From an uncultured Candidatus Kuenenia sp. (GTDB lineage: Bacteria; Planctomycetota; Planctomycetia; Pirellulales; UBA1268), in NCBI GenBank assembly GCA_964581055.1, contig CAZOMJ010000137.1, positions 16,291 to 80,290 of the forward strand: a stretch of 64,000 bases of DNA, written 5' to 3'. Shown here piece after piece: positions 55,814-64,000 of the stretch. Every line of letters starts with the position of its first letter. Within the stretch, counting starts at the first letter, position 1. The notes under the pieces were generated by a model. It worked only from the letters and a program-made list of their open reading frames with translations. It was not told where the DNA came from and did no database searches. A program made the position numbers and the translations under genes.

Positions 55814-58800
55814 ATGAGCCTATCGCGGCCGTTCATCCTGCGGCCAGTGGCCACCGGCCTTCTGATGCTGGCCATCCTGCTGGCCGGTCTGATCGCCTAC
55901 CGCCAGTTGCCCGTCTCGGCGCTGCCCCAGGTCGACTACCCGACCATCCAGGTGCTGACGTTCTATCCAGGCGCCAGCCCCGACGTGATGGCCTCGTCGG
56001 TAACCGCGCCGCTCGAACGGCAGTTCGGCCAGGTGCCGGGTCTGACGCAGATGACCTCCACGAGTTCGGAGGGCTGCTCAGTGATCACGCTGCGGTTCAA
56101 CCTCAACCTGAATATCGACGTGGCCACCCAGCAGGTGCAGGCGGCGATCAACGCGGCCGCCGCGATCCTGCCCCGCGATCTGCCCAATCCGCCGATCTAC
56201 ACCAAGACCAACCCCGCGGACGCACCGATCCTCACGCTCGCGCTGACCAGCGACACGCTGCCGCTGACGAAGGTGCAGGACCTCGCCGACACGCGACTGG
56301 CGCAGAAGGTCTCACAGCTGTCGGGCGTCGGGCTGGTGGGCATCTCCGGCGGCCAGAAGCCAGCCATCCGCATTCAGGCCAACCCCACGGCGCTCTCGTC
56401 GCTGGGCCTCAACCTCGAAAACCTGCGCACGGCCCTCGTGCAGGCCAGCGTGAACCAGGCCAAGGGCAGCTTCGACGGCCGCCGCCAGGCCTACACGATC
56501 AGCGCCAACGACCAACTCCTCACCAGCGACCAGTTCCGCGAACTGATCATCGGCTACCGCAACAACGCCCCGATTCATCTGGCTGACGTGGCCCGCGTCG
56601 TCGACGGGGCCGAGAACGTCCGGCAGGCGGCCTGGATGAACGACGTGCCGGCGGTGATCGTCAACATCCACCGGCAGCCGGGGGCAAACATCATCGCCGT
56701 CGTCGACAGCATCAAGGCCCTGCTGCCGCAACTCCAGGCATCGCTGCCGGCGGCCGTGTCGCTGCACGTGCTCACCGATCGCACCGTCACGATCCGCGCC
56801 AGCATCGAGGGCGTGCAACACGAACTGCTGCTGACCATCGGCCTGGTCGTCCTCATCATCTTCCTCTTCCTGCGCGACGTCACGGCCACGCTCATACCCG
56901 GCGTGGCGGTGCCGCTTTCGCTGGTGGGCACGTTCGCCGTGATGCAGCTGCTCGGCTACAGCCTCAACAACCTCACGCTCATGGCCCTGACGATTTCGAC
57001 GGGGTTCGTCGTCGACGACGCGATCGTGATGATCGAGAACATCGTCCGCTACCTGGAACAGGGGGAATCGCCGTTGGCCGCGGCCCTGAAAGGGTCTGCC
57101 GAGATCGGCTTCACGATCGTCAGCCTGAGCGTGTCGCTGATCGCCGTGCTCATCCCCCTGCTGTTCATGGGTGATATCGTGGGGGAACTGTTCCGGGAGT
57201 TCGCCGTCACGCTCAGCGTGACGATCATCGTCTCGGCCATCGTCTCGCTGACGCTGACGCCGATGATGTGCGCCAAGCTCCTCGCACACCGCGAGGCGGC
57301 ACGGCGGGGCTGGCTCTATCGGGCCAGCGAGTCGGTGTTCGACGGGTGCCTACAGGCCTACGCGGCGACGCTCGGCTTCGTCCTGCGACACCAGGCCGCG
57401 ACGATGCTCGTCGCCGTGGCCACGCTGGCGGCGACGGTGCAGCTCTACGCAATCGTGCCCAAGGGCTTCTTCCCGGTGCAGGACACGGGCGTGATTCTCG
57501 GCATCTCGGAGGCACGGCAGAGCATCTCCTTCGAGGAGATGGCGACGCGGCAGCAGCAGCTCAACCGGGCGATCCTGGAGGATCCGGCGGTGGACAGCCT
57601 GTCGAGCTTCATCGGCATCGACGGCACCAACACCACGGTCAACAGCGGCCGCATCCAGATCAACCTCGCGCCCCTGGAGGAGCGGCGAATCACCGCGACG
57701 GAGCTGATCCGGCGACTGCAGTCGCGGCTGGCGGGCGTGGAGGGGATCACGCTGTTCATGCAGCCTGTGCAGGACCTGTCGGTTGAGACCCGTGTGAGCC
57801 GCACGCAGTACCAATACAGCCTGGAGTCGCCGGACGAGCAGGAGCTGGGGGAATGGGTGCCTCGCTTCGTGGAGCGGCTGCAGGCACTGCCCGAACTGAG
57901 CGACGTGACCAGCGATCAGCAGAACGAAGGACTCCAGACCCGCGTCGTCATCGACCGCGACACCGCCTCGCGGCTGGGAGTCACGCCGCAGATGATCGAC
58001 GACACGCTCTACGACGCCTTCGGTCAGCGGCAGATCTCGATCCTCTACACACAGCTCAATCAATACCGCGTGGTGCTGGAGGTGCAGCCGGAATATCGCA
58101 ACCATCCTGACGACATCGGGCAGATGTACGTCAGCGTGACTGGCGACGGTGGCCGCGAGCCGGGCGACGCCGGCCCGAATTCGGGGAACCGGGATTCGGG
58201 AAACCGGGATCCCAGAAACATGAACCCCCGAATAATGGATCCGGGGAACGGGGAACGGGGCGGCAGCCGTGTGCCGCTGAGCGCCGTCACGCGAATCGAG
58301 GAGACGAGCACGCCGCTCGCGGTGAACCACCAGGGACAGTTTCCGGTGGTGACGGTGTCGTTCAACCTCGCGCCCGGGGCCTCGCTGGGCGGCGCGGTGC
58401 AGGCCATCGACGCGGCACGCATCGCCAGCGGCATGCCGCCCGGCATCCAGACGGCGTTCCAAGGCACGGCGGCCGCGTTCCAGGCGTCACTCGACAACCA
58501 ACTGCTGCTCATCCTGGCGGCGATCGTCACGGTCTATATCGTGCTGGGCGTGCTCTACGAAAGCACGATCCATCCCCTGACGATCCTCTCGACGCTGCCC
58601 AGCGCCGGCGTTGGGGCGCTCGTGGCACTGCTTATGTACCGACTGGATCTGAGCGTGATCGCGCTCATCGGCATCATCCTGCTGATCGGCATCGTGAAGA
58701 AGAACGCGATCATGATGATCGACTTCGCGATGGACGCCGAACGCAACGGCATCGACGGCCGCCGCGTGGGCCCGGCAGAGGCGATCCGCCAAGCCTGCCT

Positions 58801-59020
58801 GCTGCGGTTCCGGCCGATCATGATGACCACGATGGCGGCGCTCCTGGGGGCGGTGCCGCTGGCGATGGGCACCGGGGTGGGATCCGAGTTGCGGCGACCG
58901 CTGGGCATCACGATCATCGGCGGACTCGTTTTCAGCCAGTTGCTCACGCTCTACACCACGCCGGTGATCTATCTCTGGTTCGACAGGCTGGGCCGCGTGT
59001 TCCGCCGGGGGGCGGAGTGA
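55814..59020 (+). CDS. mdtB: RND multidrug efflux permease
   Basis: Strong N-terminal similarity to E. coli MdtB ([64 protein letters not shown]). Also [17 protein letters not shown]. Confidence 0.9.
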   Translation: MSLSRPFILRPVATGLLMLAILLAGLIAYRQLPVSALPQVDYPTIQVLTFYPGASPDVMASSVTAPLERQFGQVPGLTQMTSTSSEGCSVITLRFNLNLNIDVATQQVQAAINAAAAILPRDLPNPPIYTKTNPADAPILTLALTSDTLPLTKVQDLADTRLAQKVSQLSGVGLVGISGGQKPAIRIQANPTALSSLGLNLENLRTALVQASVNQAKGSFDGRRQAYTISANDQLLTSDQFRELIIGYRNNAPIHLADVARVVDGAENVRQAAWMNDVPAVIVNIHRQPGANIIAVVDSIKALLPQLQASLPAAVSLHVLTDRTVTIRASIEGVQHELLLTIGLVVLIIFLFLRDVTATLIPGVAVPLSLVGTFAVMQLLGYSLNNLTLMALTISTGFVVDDAIVMIENIVRYLEQGESPLAAALKGSAEIGFTIVSLSVSLIAVLIPLLFMGDIVGELFREFAVTLSVTIIVSAIVSLTLTPMMCAKLLAHREAARRGWLYRASESVFDGCLQAYAATLGFVLRHQAATMLVAVATLAATVQLYAIVPKGFFPVQDTGVILGISEARQSISFEEMATRQQQLNRAILEDPAVDSLSSFIGIDGTNTTVNSGRIQINLAPLEERRITATELIRRLQSRLAGVEGITLFMQPVQDLSVETRVSRTQYQYSLESPDEQELGEWVPRFVERLQALPELSDVTSDQQNEGLQTRVVIDRDTASRLGVTPQMIDDTLYDAFGQRQISILYTQLNQYRVVLEVQPEYRNHPDDIGQMYVSVTGDGGREPGDAGPNSGNRDSGNRDPRNMNPRIMDPGNGERGGSRVPLSAVTRIEETSTPLAVNHQGQFPVVTVSFNLAPGASLGGAVQAIDAARIASGMPPGIQTAFQGTAAAFQASLDNQLLLILAAIVTVYIVLGVLYESTIHPLTILSTLPSAGVGALVALLMYRLDLSVIALIGIILLIGIVKKNAIMMIDFAMDAERNGIDGRRVGPAEAIRQACLLRFRPIMMTTMAALLGAVPLAMGTGVGSELRRPLGITIIGGLVFSQLLTLYTTPVIYLWFDRLGRVFRRGAE

Positions 59021-62000
59021 TGCATTTCTCCGAGTGGTTCATCCGTCGGCCGGTCGGCACGTCGCTGCTGGCGATCGCGATCACGCTCGCCGGCGCGATC
59101 TGCTACTTCCTGCTCCCGGTGTCGCCGCTGCCGCAGGTGGAATACCCCACGGTGAGCGTCGGCGCGGCCCTGCCCGGGGCCAGCCCCGAGACGATGGCCT
59201 CGGCCGTGGCCACGCCGCTGGAGCGGCAGTTCGGCCTGATCGCGGGCATCACCGAGATGACCTCCACCAGCGCGCTCGGCCAGACGGCGGTGACGCTGCA
59301 ATTCGAGTTGAATCGCGACATCGATGCCGCCGTCCGAGACGTCCAGGCGGGAATCAACGCCGCCCGCGGCCGCCTGCCGGCGAATCTCCCCGGCACCCCC
59401 TATGCCTACAAGGTGAACCCCGCCGACTCGCCCGTGATGATCCTCGTCATGACGTCGCCCATCCACGACCGACCGCAGTTGCAGGACGCCGCAGCCACGA
59501 TCGTGCAGACGAAGCTCTCGCAGGTGCCCGGGGTGGGCCAAGTGACCATCAGCGGCGGTTCGTCGCCGGCCGTGCGGGTGAGGGTCAATCCGACGGTGCT
59601 CGAGCGGTATGGAATCGGGCTCGACGAGGTCCGCCTGGCCGTGCAGAACGCCAACGCCAACCGGCCCAAGGGGATCATCGACGACGGCACGGCGTCGTGG
59701 TCGATCGCCACCACGGACCAGTTGTTCAAGGCCGCCGAATACCGGGAGATCATCCTGGCATTCCGGCGCGGGGCGCCGGTGCGGCTGGGCGACGTGGCCA
59801 CGATCACCGACTCCGTGCAGGACACGCGGGTGGCCGGCGTCTACAACGGTCAGCCGACGATCCTGGTGATCGTCTACCGGCAGCCCACCGCCAACATCGT
59901 CCGCACCGTGGACAACATCATGGCGCTCCTGCCGCAGCTGCGGTCGCAGATTCCCGCCGGCATGGAACTCGCCATGCCGATGGACCGCACGGCGGCGATC
60001 CGGGCGAGCATCGCCGACGTCCAGCACACGCTTCTGATCTCGGTGGCGCTCGTGGTGCTGGTCGTGTTCGTCTTCCTGCGGGACGTACGGGCCACGCTCG
60101 TGCCCAGCGTGGCCGTGCCGGTGTCGCTGGTGAGCACCTTCACCGCCATGCACTTCCTGGGCTACAGCCTCGACAATCTGTCGCTGATGGCACTGACGAT
60201 CGCCACCGGGTTCGTGGTAGACGACGCGATCGTGGTTCTGGAAAACATCGCAAGGTATCGCGAGGCCGGCATGAAGCCGATGGCCGCGGCGGTCGCCGGC
60301 GCCCGGGAGATCGGGTTCACGGTGCTGTCGATCAGCGTGTCGCTCGTGGCCGTGTTCATCCCGATTCTCTGCATGGGCGGCATCGTAGGGCGGTTGTTCC
60401 GCGAGTTCGCCGTGACGCTCTCGGTGGCGATCGGGGTGTCGATGGTGGTGTCGCTGACGCTCACGCCCATGATGTGCGCGTGGCTTTTGCGGCCCGCTTC
60501 GGCACAGGAACGCGGCTGGGCGAACCGGTGGACGGAGCGGTGCCTCGCGGCGATCACCGCCTGGTATGGAAGGGCGCTCGCGGTGGTGATGCGGCATCCG
60601 CGGCTGACGATGACGGTCAACCTCGCGACGATGGCACTCACGGTCTATCTCTACGTGATCGTGCCCAAGGGATTCTTTCCGCAGCAGGACAACGGCCGCG
60701 TCGCGGCCATGCTCGACGCCGACCAGGACACGTCGTTCCAGACCATGAGCCGGCTCCTCACCGCGTTCTCCCTGGCGATCCACGAGGATCCGGCCGTGGC
60801 GGGCGTGACAGGCTCGACGGGGGCCGCGACGGGCGGCGGTCCCAACACGGCGAGAATGTTCATCACGCTCAAGCCGAAGGAGGAACGGGGGCTCGACGCC
60901 GACCAGGTGGTCGACCGGCTGCGGCGGTCGATGGCGGCGCTGCCGGGCGCCACGCTGGTGATGCAGCCGGTGCAGGATCTCCGCATCGGCGGCCGCATGA
61001 GCGGTGCCCAATATCAATACACTCTCCGCGCCGACACGCTGGGCGACCTCGACACCTGGGGCCCCAAACTGCTGGCCGCCATGCGGGCGCTGCCCGAACT
61101 GGTCGACGTCCGCAGCGACCAGCAGAATCGCGGGCTGCAGACGGGCCTCACGATCAACCGTGACGAGGCCGCCCGGTTCGGCGTCACGCCGCAGCAGATC
61201 GACGACGCGCTCTACGACGCCTTCGGACAGCGGTATGTCTCGATCATGTACCGGCCGCGCGGCCAATACCGCGTGGTGCTGGGACTGGAGCCGGAGTTTC
61301 TGGAGGGGCCGGAATCGCTCCGGTTCCTGCGGGTGACGGGCAGCGACGGGTCGCAGATACCGCTGGATTCGCTCTGCACCATCGCCCCCGCCAACGCCCC
61401 CTTGATGGTCAACCACACGGGCCAGTTTCCCTCGGCCACGGTTTCCTTCAATCTTGCGCCGGGCGTGTCGCTTGGCGACGCTGTGGAAGCGGTCGAGGAG
61501 GTCGCCGAAGACCTGGCGATGCCCGCGAGCGTGCAGGGGCGTTTTGCCGGCACCGCGCAGATGTTTCGCGCCTCCCTGGTCGACCAGCCGCTGCTCATCC
61601 TCGCGGCGATCATCGCGGTCTACATCGTGCTGGGCATCCTCTACGAGAGCTTCGTGCATCCGCTGACGATCATTTCGACGATTCCCAGCGCCGGCTTGGG
61701 GGCGCTCGTGGCGCTGCTCTGGTTTGGCAAGGAGCTCAACGTGATGTCGCTCATCGGCATCATCCTCCTGATCGGGATCGTGAAGAAAAACGCGATCATG
61801 ATGATCGACTTCGCGCTCGAGGCGGAGCGGACGCGGGGGCTGACAGCCGCCGATGCCATCGTGGAGGCCTGCATCCTGCGGTTCCGCCCGATCACGATGA
61901 CGACGCTCGCCGCCCTGCTCGGTGGCCTGCCGCTGGCGCTGGGCACCGGCCCGGGGGCGGAGATCCGCTGGCCGCTCGGAGTCGCGATCGTGGGCGGACT

Positions 62001-62088
62001 GATCGTGAGCCAGTGCTTGACGCTCTTCACGACGCCGGTGGTGTACCTCGCGCTCGACCGGCTGAGGAGACGGCCGCGCCCGGCGTGA
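59017..62088 (+). CDS. mdtC: RND multidrug efflux permease
   Basis: Similarity to E. coli MdtC ([84 protein letters not shown]). Start GTG 59017 or ATG 59020 overlaps the mdtB stop. Confidence 0.9.
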   Translation: MMHFSEWFIRRPVGTSLLAIAITLAGAICYFLLPVSPLPQVEYPTVSVGAALPGASPETMASAVATPLERQFGLIAGITEMTSTSALGQTAVTLQFELNRDIDAAVRDVQAGINAARGRLPANLPGTPYAYKVNPADSPVMILVMTSPIHDRPQLQDAAATIVQTKLSQVPGVGQVTISGGSSPAVRVRVNPTVLERYGIGLDEVRLAVQNANANRPKGIIDDGTASWSIATTDQLFKAAEYREIILAFRRGAPVRLGDVATITDSVQDTRVAGVYNGQPTILVIVYRQPTANIVRTVDNIMALLPQLRSQIPAGMELAMPMDRTAAIRASIADVQHTLLISVALVVLVVFVFLRDVRATLVPSVAVPVSLVSTFTAMHFLGYSLDNLSLMALTIATGFVVDDAIVVLENIARYREAGMKPMAAAVAGAREIGFTVLSISVSLVAVFIPILCMGGIVGRLFREFAVTLSVAIGVSMVVSLTLTPMMCAWLLRPASAQERGWANRWTERCLAAITAWYGRALAVVMRHPRLTMTVNLATMALTVYLYVIVPKGFFPQQDNGRVAAMLDADQDTSFQTMSRLLTAFSLAIHEDPAVAGVTGSTGAATGGGPNTARMFITLKPKEERGLDADQVVDRLRRSMAALPGATLVMQPVQDLRIGGRMSGAQYQYTLRADTLGDLDTWGPKLLAAMRALPELVDVRSDQQNRGLQTGLTINRDEAARFGVTPQQIDDALYDAFGQRYVSIMYRPRGQYRVVLGLEPEFLEGPESLRFLRVTGSDGSQIPLDSLCTIAPANAPLMVNHTGQFPSATVSFNLAPGVSLGDAVEAVEEVAEDLAMPASVQGRFAGTAQMFRASLVDQPLLILAAIIAVYIVLGILYESFVHPLTIISTIPSAGLGALVALLWFGKELNVMSLIGIILLIGIVKKNAIMMIDFALEAERTRGLTAADAIVEACILRFRPITMTTLAALLGGLPLALGTGPGAEIRWPLGVAIVGGLIVSQCLTLFTTPVVYLALDRLRRRPRPA

Positions 62089-62103
62089 ACACAGCGCACA
62101 GGT

Positions 62104-63393
62104 TCACGGCTCGGGCGGGATCGACCGGCCGTGCGGATCGCTTGTCCGCATGCCGACCTCCGCCTCGATCCGCCGCCGGACATCGGCGCCGAGATGGTGC
62201 TCGATCCATTCCGCCGGCGGATGGAGATGATCGAGCGGCAACTCGGCATGACGCCCCAGCCACGACTCCCAGAGCCGATGCGACCGCACCACCATGTCCG
62301 CCTGCTCCCGGCCGCGGGCGGTGAGTGCCCAGCCTTGCGGACCCCGCGTCACCCGACGCGTGATTGCCAGCCAGGTGTCGGCAAGATGGTCGCCGAGCGT
62401 CGGCCGTGCGGATGTCGGCGGCGCATCCCCGCGTGCCGCCGCCTCCTCGGCCCGCCACCATGCAGCGAGCCTGTCTTCACAGGCCACCCGCCACGCAAAC
62501 CAGCCGCGGTTGAAGAGGCGTGCCACGAGCCCATCGTCGGGCGTGAGCAGCACGCACAGGAGGTATTGAATGCCGAGCACGACGGCGATCATGCCCGCGG
62601 CGCTGGTGTTCCAGCGCCATGCGGCCAGGTAGCCGATTCCCGCGGCCACGACGCCCAAGAGAATCGACAGCATCGCGATGCGATGCAGTCGTCGCGTGAG
62701 CATTTCGGCGGCGGCCGCAGGCACGACGAGCATGGCCACGACGAGGATCGCCCCCACGGCCTCGAAGCCCGCCACCGTGGCCAGCGCCGTGGCCACGAGC
62801 AGCCCCGTCGTGACCGCCGCCACCGGCACGCCGACCGCCCGGGCCGCTTCGGGGTCGAAGGCGGTGAACACCTGCAGTTTCCAGGTGCCGATCGCCGCCA
62901 ACGACAACCCGACGAACACTGCCGTGGCGGTCAGGAAGGCCCTTGGCGTCTCGACGCCAAGGATGGGCACCGTATCGAACGGCACCAGTTCCAACACGCC
63001 ATGAAGCACGCAGCCGGGATCGAGATCGATGCGGGACGCCACGGCCGTCACGATCACCACGCCGAGCGCGAAGAGCGTGGTGAAGGCCACCCCGGCCCCG
63101 GCATCCTCGGCGAGCCCGCCCTCGGTGCGCAAGAACTGCGTCAGCCAGACCGTGAGCAGCGCCGCCGCCACGGCGCCCACCAGCACGAGCAGCCCCCCGG
63201 GCCTTCCGCCCGCGAGCACCGCCACCACGATGCCGGGCAGAACGGCGTGACTGATGGCGTCGCCCACGAGGCTCATCCGGCGGACGACGAGCAGCGTGCC
63301 GACGAGCCCGCAGCAGGCCGCCACCATCGCCGCCGTGGCGATCGCCCAGGCATGCATGCCGCCGCCGTCGGTGAAGAAGGAAAGATTCAACAT
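62104..63393 (-). CDS. ABC-3 family metal (Mn/Zn/Fe) ABC transporter permease fused to a C-terminal DtxR/MntR-like domain
   Basis: Start ATG 63393. The first ~290 aa are an ABC-3 permease (GDAISHAVLPGIV, AFDPEAARAVGV). The last ~130 aa resemble DtxR-family repressors (LTARGREQADMVVRSHRLWESWL..AEWIEHHLGADVRRRIEAEVG..DPHGRSIP). Confidence 0.75.
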   Translation of the reverse strand: MLNLSFFTDGGGMHAWAIATAAMVAACCGLVGTLLVVRRMSLVGDAISHAVLPGIVVAVLAGGRPGGLLVLVGAVAAALLTVWLTQFLRTEGGLAEDAGAGVAFTTLFALGVVIVTAVASRIDLDPGCVLHGVLELVPFDTVPILGVETPRAFLTATAVFVGLSLAAIGTWKLQVFTAFDPEAARAVGVPVAAVTTGLLVATALATVAGFEAVGAILVVAMLVVPAAAAEMLTRRLHRIAMLSILLGVVAAGIGYLAAWRWNTSAAGMIAVVLGIQYLLCVLLTPDDGLVARLFNRGWFAWRVACEDRLAAWWRAEEAAARGDAPPTSARPTLGDHLADTWLAITRRVTRGPQGWALTARGREQADMVVRSHRLWESWLGRHAELPLDHLHPPAEWIEHHLGADVRRRIEAEVGMRTSDPHGRSIPPEP

Positions 63394-63644
63394 GTTTCCT
63401 GGCGACCGCACGTTGCTGCTGATCCGCGTCGTGATCGTTGTGTCATCGAGTCACGTGAAAAACTCCAGATGCTGAGGAGCCGGTCGGAGGCACGCGCAGG
63501 AGCCGGTGAATTCTGCGACTCACGCGCGATCCACCATCGTCCACGAGCCTCCCGTAGCAGAATCCGCCGGCGACGAGCATGCCGCAGCCGGCGAACCAAT
63601 ACGGGCAACTTCGGTCTGCGAAGCATTAGGCTGTTGATCATCGT

Positions 63645-64000
63645 TCACCGCCCCCGGACGGTTTGGGCCGGCGGAGGTGCATCGAGTGCGATCACTTTGT
63701 TTCGCAGACGGTGGTGACGGGCCCACCAGCCGCGGCCCATCGCCGCCACGAGTGAGCACGCGAAGATGAACGCCGCCGCCAGCACCACCAGCGGCCCCGT
63801 CGCCAGACGGGGGACGACCGCGCTCACGGCCACGCCAAACAGGGCCGACGCCACGCCGAACACACCCGAGAGCACGAGCATCGTCGGCACCCGGTCGGTC
63901 CACTGCCTGGCGGCCACCGGCGGAATCACCACCAACGCCGTGACGAGCACCGCGCCGGCGGCCGGCAGGCCCACCACCACCATCACCGCCACCAGCATCA
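63645..64000 (-). CDS. ABC-3 family metal ABC transporter permease (5' part beyond window end)
   Basis: C-terminal TM helices LVTALVVIPPVAARQWTD..MLVLSGVFGVASALFGVAVS are typical of ZnuB/MntB/TroC-type permeases. The reading frame is open to the window edge. Confidence 0.7.
   Translation of the reverse strand, partial: MLVAVMVVVGLPAAGAVLVTALVVIPPVAARQWTDRVPTMLVLSGVFGVASALFGVAVSAVVPRLATGPLVVLAAAFIFACSLVAAMGRGWWARHHRLRNKVIALDAPPPAQTVRGR

Noticed and set aside
58969-61659. 896-aa minus-strand ORF
   Set aside because: Antisense to mdtC, which aligns convincingly with E. coli MdtC.
62131-63717. 528-aa plus-strand ORF
   Set aside because: Antisense to the ABC-3 permease fusion gene. His/Arg/Gly-rich nonsense composition.

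Overview
High-GC chromosomal segment that looks planctomycete. The evidence is a DUF1559 prepilin-like gene followed by a small lipoprotein, a secreted protein with the LEERRLLA N-terminal motif, sulfatase-like and TPR proteins, and an MfnB-like gene. Almost every real gene is shadowed by long Arg/Pro/Gly-rich antisense or off-frame ORFs, so I called genes only where I could read recognisable motifs or sensible protein composition. The content is mostly housekeeping. It includes pabB-pabA, a transsulfuration enzyme, rho, glpD-glpK, RNase D, a HIT protein, aconitase, endonuclease IV and one tRNA-Ser(CGA). Transport genes include an NhaD-like antiporter, a POT peptide transporter, an MMPL/RND transporter, mdtABC and two ABC-3 metal permeases. 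Several large secreted or unknown proteins are also present. I found no rRNA, CRISPR array, transposase, integrase, phage gene or recognisable defence system, and no convincing novel multi-gene system. The items most worth a second look are listed here. (1) An alpha-oxoamine synthase fused to an ACP-like domain whose phosphopantetheine Ser reads Thr, lying convergent to a SET-domain gene and an MMPL transporter that overlap by at least 91 nt. (2) An ABC-3 permease with a C-terminal DtxR-like domain. (3) A Rho factor whose N-terminal helical subdomain is replaced by an Arg/Gly-rich tract, close to a 583-aa Arg/Glu/Gly-rich disordered protein. (4) A 26-29 nt REP-like element present four times in two convergent intergenic regions. 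(5) A structured intergenic segment with an orphan intrinsic terminator and a C11 tract. (6) A DUF1559 gene whose canonical ATG start is one base out of frame. (7) Three phased 20-bp direct repeats abutting a predicted promoter of a GT2 glycosyltransferase. (8) A degenerate sulfatase-like gene upstream of a 1383-aa secreted protein. All family assignments come from motif reading by eye, because no searches could be run.
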